A DNA stretch of 64,000 nucleotides, taken from the NCBI GenBank assembly GCA_031395645.1, contig JANNJM010000014.1, positions 2,594 to 66,593 on the forward strand, in the 5' to 3' direction. Origin of the DNA: Gammaproteobacteria bacterium. Lineage in GTDB: Bacteria; Pseudomonadota; Gammaproteobacteria; Steroidobacterales; GCA-2729495. The position numbers were made by a program, and so were the translations under genes. The notes beneath the pieces were generated by a model. That model was not told the origin of the DNA. It ran no database searches and saw only the letters and a program-made list of their open reading frames with translations. This document shows, piece by piece, positions 54,380 through 62,700 of the stretch (position 1 is the stretch's first letter; each line of letters starts with the position of its first letter).

Positions 54380-55057
54380 ATGACTCACAGTCAGCGATTG
54401 CGCATCGGAATCCGGCTGGTTGCTCCGGGGGCTTGGTTGCGGGCACTTTTGCTTGGCTCCATGCTGGTCCCGGGAGGTAACGCCATGAGCTACGAAGAAC
54501 CGGGCTACAGCGTCATCACGCAGTCAGGACCCGTGGAGTATCGCCGGTACCAGGCTTACCTTGTGGCCGAGACCCTCGTGGCGGATCGGGCCGATTTCGA
54601 CAGCGCGGGTAACGAGGGTTTTCGGCGCCTGTTCAAGTACATCGCCGGTGGCAATACCAGCCAGTCCCGCATCACGATGACCGCTCCGGTCTCCCAGGCC
54701 GCTCAGCCAGAAAAAATTGCCATGACGGTGCCGGTCCAGCAGCAGGGAGCCGCCGCCGGGTGGCGCATTGCCTTCATGCTGCCCACGCAGTACACCCTTG
54801 AAACTGCGCCGAAGCCCAGCGACCCGCGCGTGCAGCTCACTGCCGTGCCTGCACGCCTTGTCGCCGTTCTACGTTATTCGGGCCGCTGGACCGAGAGCAA
54901 TTACCTGCAACACCGCGATGAGTTGCTGCGGGGACTATCGCAGGCGGGCATCAAGTCTTTGGGAGAACCGTGGCTGGCCCGCTATAACGCGCCGTTTTCC
55001 CTGCCGTTTCTACGCCGTAATGAAGTGCTGATTGAAGTCGACAGGGTGCCCGACTGA
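54380..55057 (+). CDS. SOUL/HEBP-family haem-binding protein with signal peptide
   Basis: 225 aa from ATG 54380. It has YEEPGYSVI...VEYRRYQAYLVAET...GFRRLFKYIAGGN...ITMTAPV...RYNAPFSLPFLRRNEVLIEV, the SOUL-domain pattern. Confidence 0.7.
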   Translation: MTHSQRLRIGIRLVAPGAWLRALLLGSMLVPGGNAMSYEEPGYSVITQSGPVEYRRYQAYLVAETLVADRADFDSAGNEGFRRLFKYIAGGNTSQSRITMTAPVSQAAQPEKIAMTVPVQQQGAAAGWRIAFMLPTQYTLETAPKPSDPRVQLTAVPARLVAVLRYSGRWTESNYLQHRDELLRGLSQAGIKSLGEPWLARYNAPFSLPFLRRNEVLIEVDRVPD

Positions 55058-55097
55058 TCCCAGTCACTAAATTTATCAGTAGCCTGGAGAGCCGTGT

Positions 55098-56345
55098 TTA
55101 CTCAATTGGCTTGGGCATTGACCTATCTTCCGGCGCCATGCCCCGGATTGCCGCATTCACCAGGTAGGTCACGTCGAACCCCGGTCTTATGGGCTGGCGC
55201 CCAAGGGCCGGCCCGAGACGCACGATAACGAGCTGGCGCGAGGGCACCACGAACACATGCTGCTGCCCGCGGCCCCAGGTCATGAAGGTATCGCGCGCGA
55301 GGAAAGGTCCTGGCACGATGGCGCCGGACGAACCGGCCTGGTCAGGCGGCACCGCCGGATCGCCGTAACCGAGCCAGACCTGCAGACCGTAGTAGGCGGC
55401 CGCCGGCGACGGCGTGATCATCTCGCGTAGCCATGCTGCAGGCACGACGCGTTTGCCGTTCACCTCGCCCTGGCCGAGCAGCAGCATGCCCACGCGGACC
55501 CAGTCCATGGCCGGGGCTGCCAGGCAGCAGGAGGTAAACGCGCGCCCGCCAGGCCGGTCCGTGTGGATACGCGCGCGCTCGCCGCCCATGGGCAGCCACA
55601 GCTTGTCGCGCAGGATCTGCGAGTAGCGCTGCCCGTACGCCCGCTCCAGCACCATGCCGAGCAACTCGGAGTTGATGTTGTTGTAGTCGTAGCGGGAACC
55701 GGGCAGCCAGTCAGCCGCGGGTGTGCGCAGGATCACGTCGCCGGAATGGCCGGAGTTCAACCAGCGGTTGTCGTCGGTGAAGGGATTCAGCGTGAACCGG
55801 TACTGCGCCAGGCCCGAACTCATCTGCAGGAGCTGGCGCAGGGTGATGCGACCCCGCGGATCATCCCGCCATTCGGCCAGATACTTGCCGACCGGATCCT
55901 CCGCAGACGCAATGCGCCCGTCGGCGATGGCCACGCCAACGAACAGCCCCATGAGCGACTTGTGCATGGACTGGGACTGGGTGAGCAGGTCCCGGCCCCA
56001 GTACGGGGCATACCACTCGTACTGGATGCTGCCGTTCTGGACCAGGATCAGGGCGTGTGTGCCGAACCCGGCCGCATAGCGTTGCATGTCATCGAATGCC
56101 GCGGCAGAAACCGTCCGCTCGGACGGCGCCGCAACCGGCAACACGTAGGAGGCATCACCCCGGATCTCCTCATCCGGCGGCAGCAGCTCCTCAGCGATCG
56201 GATCGCCGCTGTTGAAGAAGCGCACGTAATTGCGCCACAGCCAGGGGTCCTGCCAATAAATCACGTTGGCAATGATGGCCACGGCCAGCAGCAGCCAGAG
56301 CCCGACGCGGGGCTTGCGCCGGCTATCGACATTGGTAACCATCAA
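55098..56345 (-). CDS. serine hydrolase (beta-lactamase/PBP-like, class C fold) with N-terminal anchor
   Basis: 415 aa. The SxxK motif is SMHK in LTQSQSMHKSLMG, and the overall layout is AmpC/esterase-like. Confidence 0.7.
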   Translation of the reverse strand: MMVTNVDSRRKPRVGLWLLLAVAIIANVIYWQDPWLWRNYVRFFNSGDPIAEELLPPDEEIRGDASYVLPVAAPSERTVSAAAFDDMQRYAAGFGTHALILVQNGSIQYEWYAPYWGRDLLTQSQSMHKSLMGLFVGVAIADGRIASAEDPVGKYLAEWRDDPRGRITLRQLLQMSSGLAQYRFTLNPFTDDNRWLNSGHSGDVILRTPAADWLPGSRYDYNNINSELLGMVLERAYGQRYSQILRDKLWLPMGGERARIHTDRPGGRAFTSCCLAAPAMDWVRVGMLLLGQGEVNGKRVVPAAWLREMITPSPAAAYYGLQVWLGYGDPAVPPDQAGSSGAIVPGPFLARDTFMTWGRGQQHVFVVPSRQLVIVRLGPALGRQPIRPGFDVTYLVNAAIRGMAPEDRSMPKPIE

Positions 56346-56379
56346 GTACTCAGTACAACAACGTCAGAAACTATAGCGC

Positions 56380-56499
56380 TTAACGCCATGACGCATGCCG
56401 TTGAGAAAAAAGCAGCAGGTTGCCCGCCTCCGGGTAGTGGCGCTCGACGAGACGTCGGAGTTTACGAAGTCGGGAGAACAGAGTTGCTCCCACGGCCCC
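56380..56499 (-). mobile_element. IS5-family (DDE) transposase C-terminal fragment
   Basis: GAVGATLFSRLRKLRRLVERHYPEAGNLLLFSQRHASWR-stop parallels the conserved C-terminus ...ERxFxRLKxFRRIATRYDKxAxNFLAFVxLA... of IS5-group transposases. No upstream DDE body is present. Confidence 0.45.
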
Positions 56500-56536
56500 A
56501 AGTCGAGGTCGCGCCTTCATTGTCATGTTCTTGAGA

Positions 56537-57058
56537 TCAGTCCAGCGCGGGCCATCCAGAAGCATCCAGCGTCTCGCGGTAGGCGTGCCAGGTGGCGTAG
56601 GCCAACCAGGGCATGATGATGGCGAGGCCAAGGAAGGCTGTCAGGAAGCCGACCGCTGTCAGCAGCGCGATCAGCGTCGCCCACAGCAGCATGACCGCCT
56701 TGTTGCAGAGGACGGCACGGATACTGGAGACGCAGGCCGTGACCATGTCCACATCCCGATCAGCGATCATCGGCAGCGAAAACGCCGTTACGGCAAACGT
56801 TATCGCCGCGAAAACCGAGCCTACCGCCGAGCCGATTGCGAGAAACTCCAGCAGTGCGCGCAGGTTGCCGTCCGCAAGAGGCACGAACGCGCTGACCAGC
56901 ATGATCACTGCCCCGAACAGCAGGGTGAGCCCCGGTGCCCGGCGGACGTCCTGCCAGCCCAGGCGGAGCCAGCGGCGCGGCGCATCCATGGCCAGCGTGG
57001 CGCAGGGCACCACGAATGGGCGTTCCTCTGGCGGCGATGTTGGTGCTGTGGATTCCAC
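56537..57058 (-). CDS. DUF2189-like integral membrane protein (short form)
   Basis: 173 aa. The N-terminal ...RRWLRLGWQDVRRAPG... and C-terminal ...FSLPMIADRDVDMVTACVSSIRAV...WHAYRETL blocks resemble DUF2189. As I recall, typical members are about 250 aa, so a central segment may be missing. Confidence 0.45.
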   Translation of the reverse strand: MESTAPTSPPEERPFVVPCATLAMDAPRRWLRLGWQDVRRAPGLTLLFGAVIMLVSAFVPLADGNLRALLEFLAIGSAVGSVFAAITFAVTAFSLPMIADRDVDMVTACVSSIRAVLCNKAVMLLWATLIALLTAVGFLTAFLGLAIIMPWLAYATWHAYRETLDASGWPALD

Positions 57059-57092
57059 GGGCTACCCCACAGTGGAGCCCGAAGTGTATGCC

Positions 57093-57245
57093 GGAAGACG
57101 TGCGACCGTCCTTGCGTTGCCCCCGGTCACGCTCTTGCTGGGCAACCCAGTTGGCGATCGACTGCGCGGTCGGTTCGAACGCGCGGGTCAACTCGGCTGT
57201 CGTTAAGTCGTCAACGGGATGCTCGCGGGGACGCCGACGCTTGAT
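57093..57245 (-). mobile_element. IS3-family transposase OrfA (HTH) fragment
   Basis: IKRRRPREHPVDDLTTAELTRAFEPTAQSIANWVAQQERDRGQRKDGRTSS matches the ...ELAREFEPSAQ(S/T)IRNWV(A/K)QA(D/E)RDEGRRxDGLTS... helix-turn-helix region of IS3 OrfA proteins. There is no start codon, no OrfB and no inverted repeats. Confidence 0.55.
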
Positions 57246-57274
57246 CTGGCCTGCAGCTGTAATGTATATTGACC

Positions 57275-57290
57275 ATGTTGATATCAACAT
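57275..57290. promoter_or_regulatory. 16-bp perfect palindrome ATGTTGATATCAACAT upstream of vapB: putative operator overlapping the promoter
   Basis: It is an exact palindrome 14 nt upstream of the vapB ATG. It is preceded by the -35-like TTGACC (57268-57273) and followed by the GGAGG RBS. Confidence 0.5.
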
Positions 57291-57303
57291 TCCGGAGGCT
57301 AGC

Positions 57304-57552
57304 ATGGCGCTGCAGATTGCCAACCCCGTCGTCGTTGCCAAGGTGGAAAGGCTCGCCAGGGCTACAGGCTTAACCAAGACGGCGGTTGTCGAACGAGCCA
57401 TCGACCGGCTCGCCAGCGAAACGCAAGGTGCTTCCGACCCCGGGCAGAAGGCCGAGCGGATGGCGGCGCTGCTGGCCCAACTGGACCGCGTTCCCGAGCG
57501 CACTGACGCCTTCGATCCGCTGGAGTGGGACGACCAGGGCTTGCCGAAATGA
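57304..57552 (+). CDS. vapB: VapB-type antitoxin
   Basis: 82 aa from ATG 57304 with GGAGG upstream; the 205-aa track ORF is an upstream extension. MALQIANPVVVAKVERLARATGLTKTAVVERAIDRL is the typical VapB (Rv0623-like) N-terminus. Confidence 0.75.
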   Translation: MALQIANPVVVAKVERLARATGLTKTAVVERAIDRLASETQGASDPGQKAERMAALLAQLDRVPERTDAFDPLEWDDQGLPK

Positions 57553-57983
57553 TCGTGGTAGACACCTCGGCCATCGTGGCGATGGCCTTTGGCGAGCCCG
57601 AGCGTGCGGCCTTTGTCCAGGCCATTCAGCAAGCCGACAAGGCCTTGATCAGCACGGTGTCGGTGCTCGAAGCGCGCATGGTGGTTCACGGCCGGCGCGG
57701 GCAGCGCGCGGTGGTGCTGGTTGATGATCTCCTGCGGCTGCCGGCCTTCGAGTTGGTCGCGCCGGGGGTGGCGGAGATGGACGCGGCCTATTCGGCATTC
57801 GTGGCCTTCGGCAAGGGCAGTGGTCACCCCGCGGCCTTGAATTTCGGCGACGTGTTCAGCTATGCGCTGGCCAAGGTGCGCGGTCTGCCCTTGTTGTACA
57901 AGGGCGACGATTTCACCCAGACCGATGTGGTCAGCGCCGTGTTCGCTATGCAGGCGAGTTCACCCACCGCAGGGAAATCGTGA
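57549..57983 (+). CDS. vapC: VapC (PIN-domain) toxin
   Basis: 144 aa. The ATG overlaps the vapB stop (ATGA). It has MIVVDTSAIVAM...E..., ...NFGDVFSYALA... and LLYKGDDF, the canonical VapC motifs. Confidence 0.85.
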   Translation: MIVVDTSAIVAMAFGEPERAAFVQAIQQADKALISTVSVLEARMVVHGRRGQRAVVLVDDLLRLPAFELVAPGVAEMDAAYSAFVAFGKGSGHPAALNFGDVFSYALAKVRGLPLLYKGDDFTQTDVVSAVFAMQASSPTAGKS

Positions 57984-58053
57984 GCACGGAGAGTAATTGC
58001 CAGATTTCATGGCGTGGCTGGCCGCGCTATCACGGGGTGTTCGCGCTGCACGG

Positions 58054-58929
58054 CTATGGACGAAGCAATTCGATCACCGTATATGAAATGAAGTACTCGC
58101 CAATCAGCGGCATCTTCATCAACGTGCGCCCAATTGCTCTTCTGAGTGGCGAGCCGCCAAAAGAGCGCGTCTCGAAGCGCGCAACCACGAAGCCCGCCGC
58201 CGCAGCCAGGGATCGGAACTTCTTGATGTCAAGCTCATTGATATAGCCCTGTTCCCGGAACGACGACCAGTTCTTCCACTTATTGGGCTTTTTGTGGCCG
58301 CTCGCATCCAGGTCCCAGTGTCTTGGAACAAACTGGGGTAACTCGTAGACCCGCTCAGCTGCCCGAAACATTGCGTTTTGCCCGAATAGCACGTGGGCCC
58401 ATGGAACAGGAATTAACGACTCCATATGTGGTCCCCAAGGACCCCTGTACGGAAACCATTCCAGAAGGCACCTGCCTCCGGGTCGTAGCACCCGGAACCA
58501 ATCGCGGAAGATAGGCAGGGGAGACATGACGTGCTCCAGGCAATCAAATGCCACCAACACATCAATAGACATATCGGCGACGGGCAGTCCATCAACTACA
58601 CCCGGCAGGAACTCGACTCGCACTGAAGCCGGTAGTTGCGTTGCGTCCCGGGCAACTTTGGCGCGTTCAATGGCTGCATGAACCAGGTCGACCCCCACTA
58701 CGCTAGCGGGCGCCATCTCTGTCGCGAGGAACAAGCTAAGTGCGCCATCGCCGCAACCAAAGTCGAGGACGTCCTTGCCGCGAAGGTCAGTATCGAGAAA
58801 AGCACTCCAACTGGTGGAAAGAGACTGCTTACGCCAGTCCTGATAGGCCTTGTAGTCAACGGTTCGCGTTGCTGGTGCAGGGAGCCGCCGGCGGCTGATT
58901 TCAAATAGCAAGTCAGAGCGCAAGTTCAT
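58054..58929 (-). CDS. class I SAM-dependent methyltransferase
   Basis: 291 aa with motif I VLDFGCGDGAL and the post-I acidic GVDL. GC content is about 55%, lower than the window average. Confidence 0.75.
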   Translation of the reverse strand: MNLRSDLLFEISRRRLPAPATRTVDYKAYQDWRKQSLSTSWSAFLDTDLRGKDVLDFGCGDGALSLFLATEMAPASVVGVDLVHAAIERAKVARDATQLPASVRVEFLPGVVDGLPVADMSIDVLVAFDCLEHVMSPLPIFRDWFRVLRPGGRCLLEWFPYRGPWGPHMESLIPVPWAHVLFGQNAMFRAAERVYELPQFVPRHWDLDASGHKKPNKWKNWSSFREQGYINELDIKKFRSLAAAAGFVVARFETRSFGGSPLRRAIGRTLMKMPLIGEYFISYTVIELLRP

Positions 58930-59023
58930 GGGGACTCCTGAAACCTGGAAGTGGGATGGCCACAGTCGACGTCGCCATTATCGGGCCCGCGCTGCCCGCG
59001 ATTCAATCTGACATCAGTGCAGA

Positions 59024-60217
59024 TTACCTCGGCATGAACGCGATGCTTACAGGCTTGTTGATCTTCAGATCATTACCGGTGTTGGTGAGCCTGCCGGTCC
59101 CGGTGTCGATCTTGAGGACCGCGATGTTGTCCGATTTCTGACCTTCGACGAGAAGGTACTTGCCGGTGGTGTCGATTTTGAAATCGCGGGGCCAATCAAC
59201 ACCAGCAGGTGTTGTCTCGATGAAGGCGAGCTTGCCATCCTCCTGGTTGACCGAAAAGACAGCGATGCTGTTCTCGCCGCGGTTCGACACGTACGCGAAC
59301 TTGCCGTCGTGACTGAGCTGGATCTCGGCGGTGTTGTTGTCGTCTTCGTACCCTTCGCGCAGCGTGCTGATGTACTGAATCTCCCGCAGTGCCCCGGAAG
59401 CGTCCATGGCCAGCACAACAACGTGTGAGGAAAGCTCTGCGTTCGCGTAAACGAACTTGCCATCAGCGCTGAACGCGAGATGACGGGGGCCAGCGCCTGC
59501 CGCGGTCTTGCCGGTTGCCGCCGTCGCCTCGCTGAGCCTGGCGCCGCTGGTCACGTCGTACGCAAACACGCGGTCGGCGCCGAGATCAGCCGCATACACC
59601 TTGCCCGACTTTGGACTCTCCGCGATGAAGTGAGCGTGTGGAACCGGCTGGTTCTTATGTGGGCCGGACCCCGTGTGCTTTACATGGTCAGCGGCAGAGA
59701 GGCTCCCGTCGCTGCCAATGGTGTAGCTGGCAATGCTGCCGCCGCTGTAGTTCGCAACGAAAAGGTGGTCACCCGCACGGTTGATCGAGAGGTGGCAGGG
59801 ATCTGCACCGTGTGAAGCGACCTGGTTAATGAGTTGCAGTTCGCCCGAGGCCTCTATCCTGAACGCGCTGACACCACCGGTCTCTTCACCATTGTAGTCA
59901 TTAACTTCGTTGACCGCGTACAGGAACTCGCCATTCCTGCTGATGGTCAGGTACGAGGGGTTCTCGGTCTCAGCGACGAGCCTGGCCTCCGACAAAGTGC
60001 CTGTTTCGGGGTCGAACATTGAACGATAGATGCCGGAGCTGCCGCATGCACCTTTGCCGCCGTTCCTGACTTCGCAAGCCCAGCCTTTGGTGTAGGTGCC
60101 GATGTAAAGAGGAATCCTCTTGGCCTCGGGTTGGCGACACCCGGTATTGGAAGCAAGAAGAGCCGAAAGTAAAAAACCCGAAATGAAGAACTTTGATCGA
60201 GAAATGGCAGTCTGCAT
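59024..60217 (-). CDS. lactonase-family 7-bladed beta-propeller lipoprotein (Pgl/YbhE-like)
   Basis: 397 aa. It has the signal and lipobox LLSALLASNTGC, and repeated ...G.PRH...S.DGKF.Y..NE... blades as in the 6-phosphogluconolactonase/lactonase family. GC content is about 55%. Confidence 0.7.
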   Translation of the reverse strand: MQTAISRSKFFISGFLLSALLASNTGCRQPEAKRIPLYIGTYTKGWACEVRNGGKGACGSSGIYRSMFDPETGTLSEARLVAETENPSYLTISRNGEFLYAVNEVNDYNGEETGGVSAFRIEASGELQLINQVASHGADPCHLSINRAGDHLFVANYSGGSIASYTIGSDGSLSAADHVKHTGSGPHKNQPVPHAHFIAESPKSGKVYAADLGADRVFAYDVTSGARLSEATAATGKTAAGAGPRHLAFSADGKFVYANAELSSHVVVLAMDASGALREIQYISTLREGYEDDNNTAEIQLSHDGKFAYVSNRGENSIAVFSVNQEDGKLAFIETTPAGVDWPRDFKIDTTGKYLLVEGQKSDNIAVLKIDTGTGRLTNTGNDLKINKPVSIAFMPR

Positions 60218-60343
60218 GGCTCGCGACCATAGGGGTTTCGTTCACGCTTCGCAATCGCCGACTCTTCCGGGCTGATGAGGGGCTGCGCTCCCGGTGCCGG
60301 CAGTGCCACAATGGCAGCGTCCTCCGGGCAACGGAACTACAGC

Positions 60344-62410
60344 ATGAAACGCGGACCGGCTCTCTTTCTGGTACTGACGCTCAGCTCGGCGGCGATGGCC
60401 GACGAAGGCATGTGGACATTCGACAATTTTCCGAGTGAAACCGTGCGCAACCGCTACGGTGTGAGCATCGACCAGAAATGGCTCGACCGCACGCGCGGTG
60501 CCGTGGTCCGGCTGGAAGGCGGCTGCACGGGTTCCTTCGCCTCGGCTGACGGCCTGATCCTTAGCAACCACCATTGCGCCGTCGATTGCCTGAGCCGTAT
60601 TTCCACCCAGGGCCGCGATGCCGTCACTGCAGGCTTTTTAGCGCGCACGCGGGCGGAGGAGGAGCGCTGCGCGGCTGAGCAGGTCTCTGTGCTGGAGCGA
60701 CTGGAGGACGTGACAGGCAAGGTGACCGAGGCCGTCGGGGCCGAAATTGGTCCGGCTGCCAACGAGAAACGCAAGGCCAGGCTTACGCAGCTGGAGCAGG
60801 CCTGCGAGGACAGCTACCGCGGGCGGCGCGACCCGCACTCCTGCGAGGCGGTCACGCTCTACGGTGGCGGCCAGTACTTCCTCTATCACTATCGGCGCTA
60901 CACCGACGTGCGGCTGGTGTTCGCGCCGGAAGCCGACGTGGCCTTCTTCGGCGGCGATATCGATAACTTCGAGTTCCCGCGCTGGAACCTCGACTTCTCG
61001 GTGCTGCGGGCTTACGACAATGGCAAGCCCGCCAGGACGCCGAACTTCCTGCACTGGCGGCGCGCCGGCCCGGAGCCCGGCGAGGCGGTATTCGTCGCCG
61101 GACATCCTGGTAGCACGGAGCGGCTGAGCACCGTGGCGCAACTGCGCTTCCAGCGTGATCCGGTGCTGAGCCACTGGCTGCTGCGCGCGTCGGAGCTGCG
61201 CGGGCGGATGTTGCAGTTTTCCGCGAGCGGCGGGGAGCAAGCCCGCATCGCGCGGGAGTCCCTGTTCGGACTGGAGAACAGTTTCAAGGTGTTCCGCAAC
61301 CAGAACGAGGTACTCCTCAACGAGGATTTCATGGCGACCCGCAGGCAGCAGGAGGAGCAGTTGCGGGCCGCGGTGGCCGCCGATCCCAAACTGAAACCCT
61401 ATGCGCAGGCCTGGCCGGAAATTGAAAGCGCGCTGGCGCGCTATCGGGGATTCTACGACCGGCATAACTATCTCGAGGACGGCGCGGCCCTTCGCGGTGA
61501 CCTCGCCGGCGCAGCTCGGGCGCTGGTGCGGGCTGCGATGGAGCGGGAGAAGCCCAACGAGCAGCGGCAGCGCGAGTACAGCAACGCGGCATTGCCAAAG
61601 CTGCGCCAGCAGCTGCTGGCACCATTTCCGGTTTATCGCGATCTGGAGACGCTGCGTCTGACCGCGTCGCTCGAGAAGTTCGTGGAATTTCTCGGCATCG
61701 ACGACCCCGCCGTGCGTCTCGTCCTGGGCCGCGAGTCCGCGGCGGTGGTCGCAGCGCGCGTGATCCGTGACACGCAGATTGGTGACCCCGAGGTGCGGCA
61801 GCGTTTGTGGGATGGTGGCCGCATTGCCCTCGAGCAGTCTGCGGATCCGCTGATCGCGCTGGCCCTGCGCGTCGAGCCGGAGGCACAACTCCTGCGCAAG
61901 CAGTATGAGGACGAGGTCGAGGCCGTGGTGCTGGCAGCCCAGGAACGACTGGCCTTGGCCCGATTCGCGGTGCTGGGCAAGGGCACCTATCCGGACGCGA
62001 CCTTTACGCTGCGGCTGAGTTACGGCGCCGTGCAGGGGTGGCGGGAGGGCGACCGGGACGTCGCGCCTTACACAACAACCGCAGGGCTGTTCGCCCGCAC
62101 CACCGGGCAGCAACCTTTTGCACTGCCGCAGCGCTGGATCGATGCCGAGCGTCTTGTCAGTCCGGACACACGCTTCAATCTGGTGACCACGAACGACATC
62201 GTTGGCGGCAACTCCGGCAGCCCACTGCTCGATGCGCGTGGCCGGCTGGTCGGGCTGGTATTCGACGGCAACCGACATTCGATCGGTGGCAATTACTGGT
62301 TCGACCCGGCACTGAATCGCACCGTGGCGGTACACCCGGCTGCGCTGCTGGTGGCGCTCAGCGACGTGTATGAGGCCCGCGAGCTGGTGCGCGAACTCAC
62401 CGTCGACTAA
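60344..62410 (+). CDS. S46-family serine peptidase (dipeptidyl-peptidase 7/11-like)
   Basis: 688 aa from ATG 60344. The signal peptide is followed by the hallmark ADEGMWTFDNFP, the catalytic His region SNHHCA, and the Ser region GGNSGSPLLDARGRLVGLVFDGN. Confidence 0.85.
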   Translation: MKRGPALFLVLTLSSAAMADEGMWTFDNFPSETVRNRYGVSIDQKWLDRTRGAVVRLEGGCTGSFASADGLILSNHHCAVDCLSRISTQGRDAVTAGFLARTRAEEERCAAEQVSVLERLEDVTGKVTEAVGAEIGPAANEKRKARLTQLEQACEDSYRGRRDPHSCEAVTLYGGGQYFLYHYRRYTDVRLVFAPEADVAFFGGDIDNFEFPRWNLDFSVLRAYDNGKPARTPNFLHWRRAGPEPGEAVFVAGHPGSTERLSTVAQLRFQRDPVLSHWLLRASELRGRMLQFSASGGEQARIARESLFGLENSFKVFRNQNEVLLNEDFMATRRQQEEQLRAAVAADPKLKPYAQAWPEIESALARYRGFYDRHNYLEDGAALRGDLAGAARALVRAAMEREKPNEQRQREYSNAALPKLRQQLLAPFPVYRDLETLRLTASLEKFVEFLGIDDPAVRLVLGRESAAVVAARVIRDTQIGDPEVRQRLWDGGRIALEQSADPLIALALRVEPEAQLLRKQYEDEVEAVVLAAQERLALARFAVLGKGTYPDATFTLRLSYGAVQGWREGDRDVAPYTTTAGLFARTTGQQPFALPQRWIDAERLVSPDTRFNLVTTNDIVGGNSGSPLLDARGRLVGLVFDGNRHSIGGNYWFDPALNRTVAVHPAALLVALSDVYEARELVRELTVD

Positions 62411-62472
62411 GCGTGCGGCGAACAGTTCGATGTGCCACAATCAGGAATTCTGTGACACATGGAGGGGTGGTG

Positions 62473-62700
62473 GTGAAGAGTCTCAGTATCCGGGAAGTCC
62501 GCAAAGAACTGGCCCAGCTTGATGATCTGGTGTCGCGCGAGGGTGAGGTGGTGGTCACGCGCCGCGGCAAGCCGATTGCGCGCCTGCTCCCAATGCGCAG
62601 CGAGCGGCGGATGCCGTCGCACGCCGACCTTCGTGCGAGCATGTCGCGCCTGAAGGCTGGCAGCGAAAGGCAGATCCGTGCCGAGCGTGACGAGCGGTGA
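62473..62700 (+). CDS. Phd/YefM-like antitoxin
   Basis: About 75 aa from GTG 62473, with GGAGG at 62461-62465. (M)KSLSIREVRKELAQLDDLVSREGEVVVTRRGKPIARLLP is the prevent-host-death pattern. Confidence 0.7.
   Translation: MKSLSIREVRKELAQLDDLVSREGEVVVTRRGKPIARLLPMRSERRMPSHADLRASMSRLKAGSERQIRAERDER

Noticed and set aside
56537-57058. Treating the DUF2189-like ORF as a definite pseudogene.
   Set aside because: The frame is intact, with a plausible start and stop. The internal-deletion idea rests only on my recollection of typical family length, so I keep it as a low-confidence CDS.
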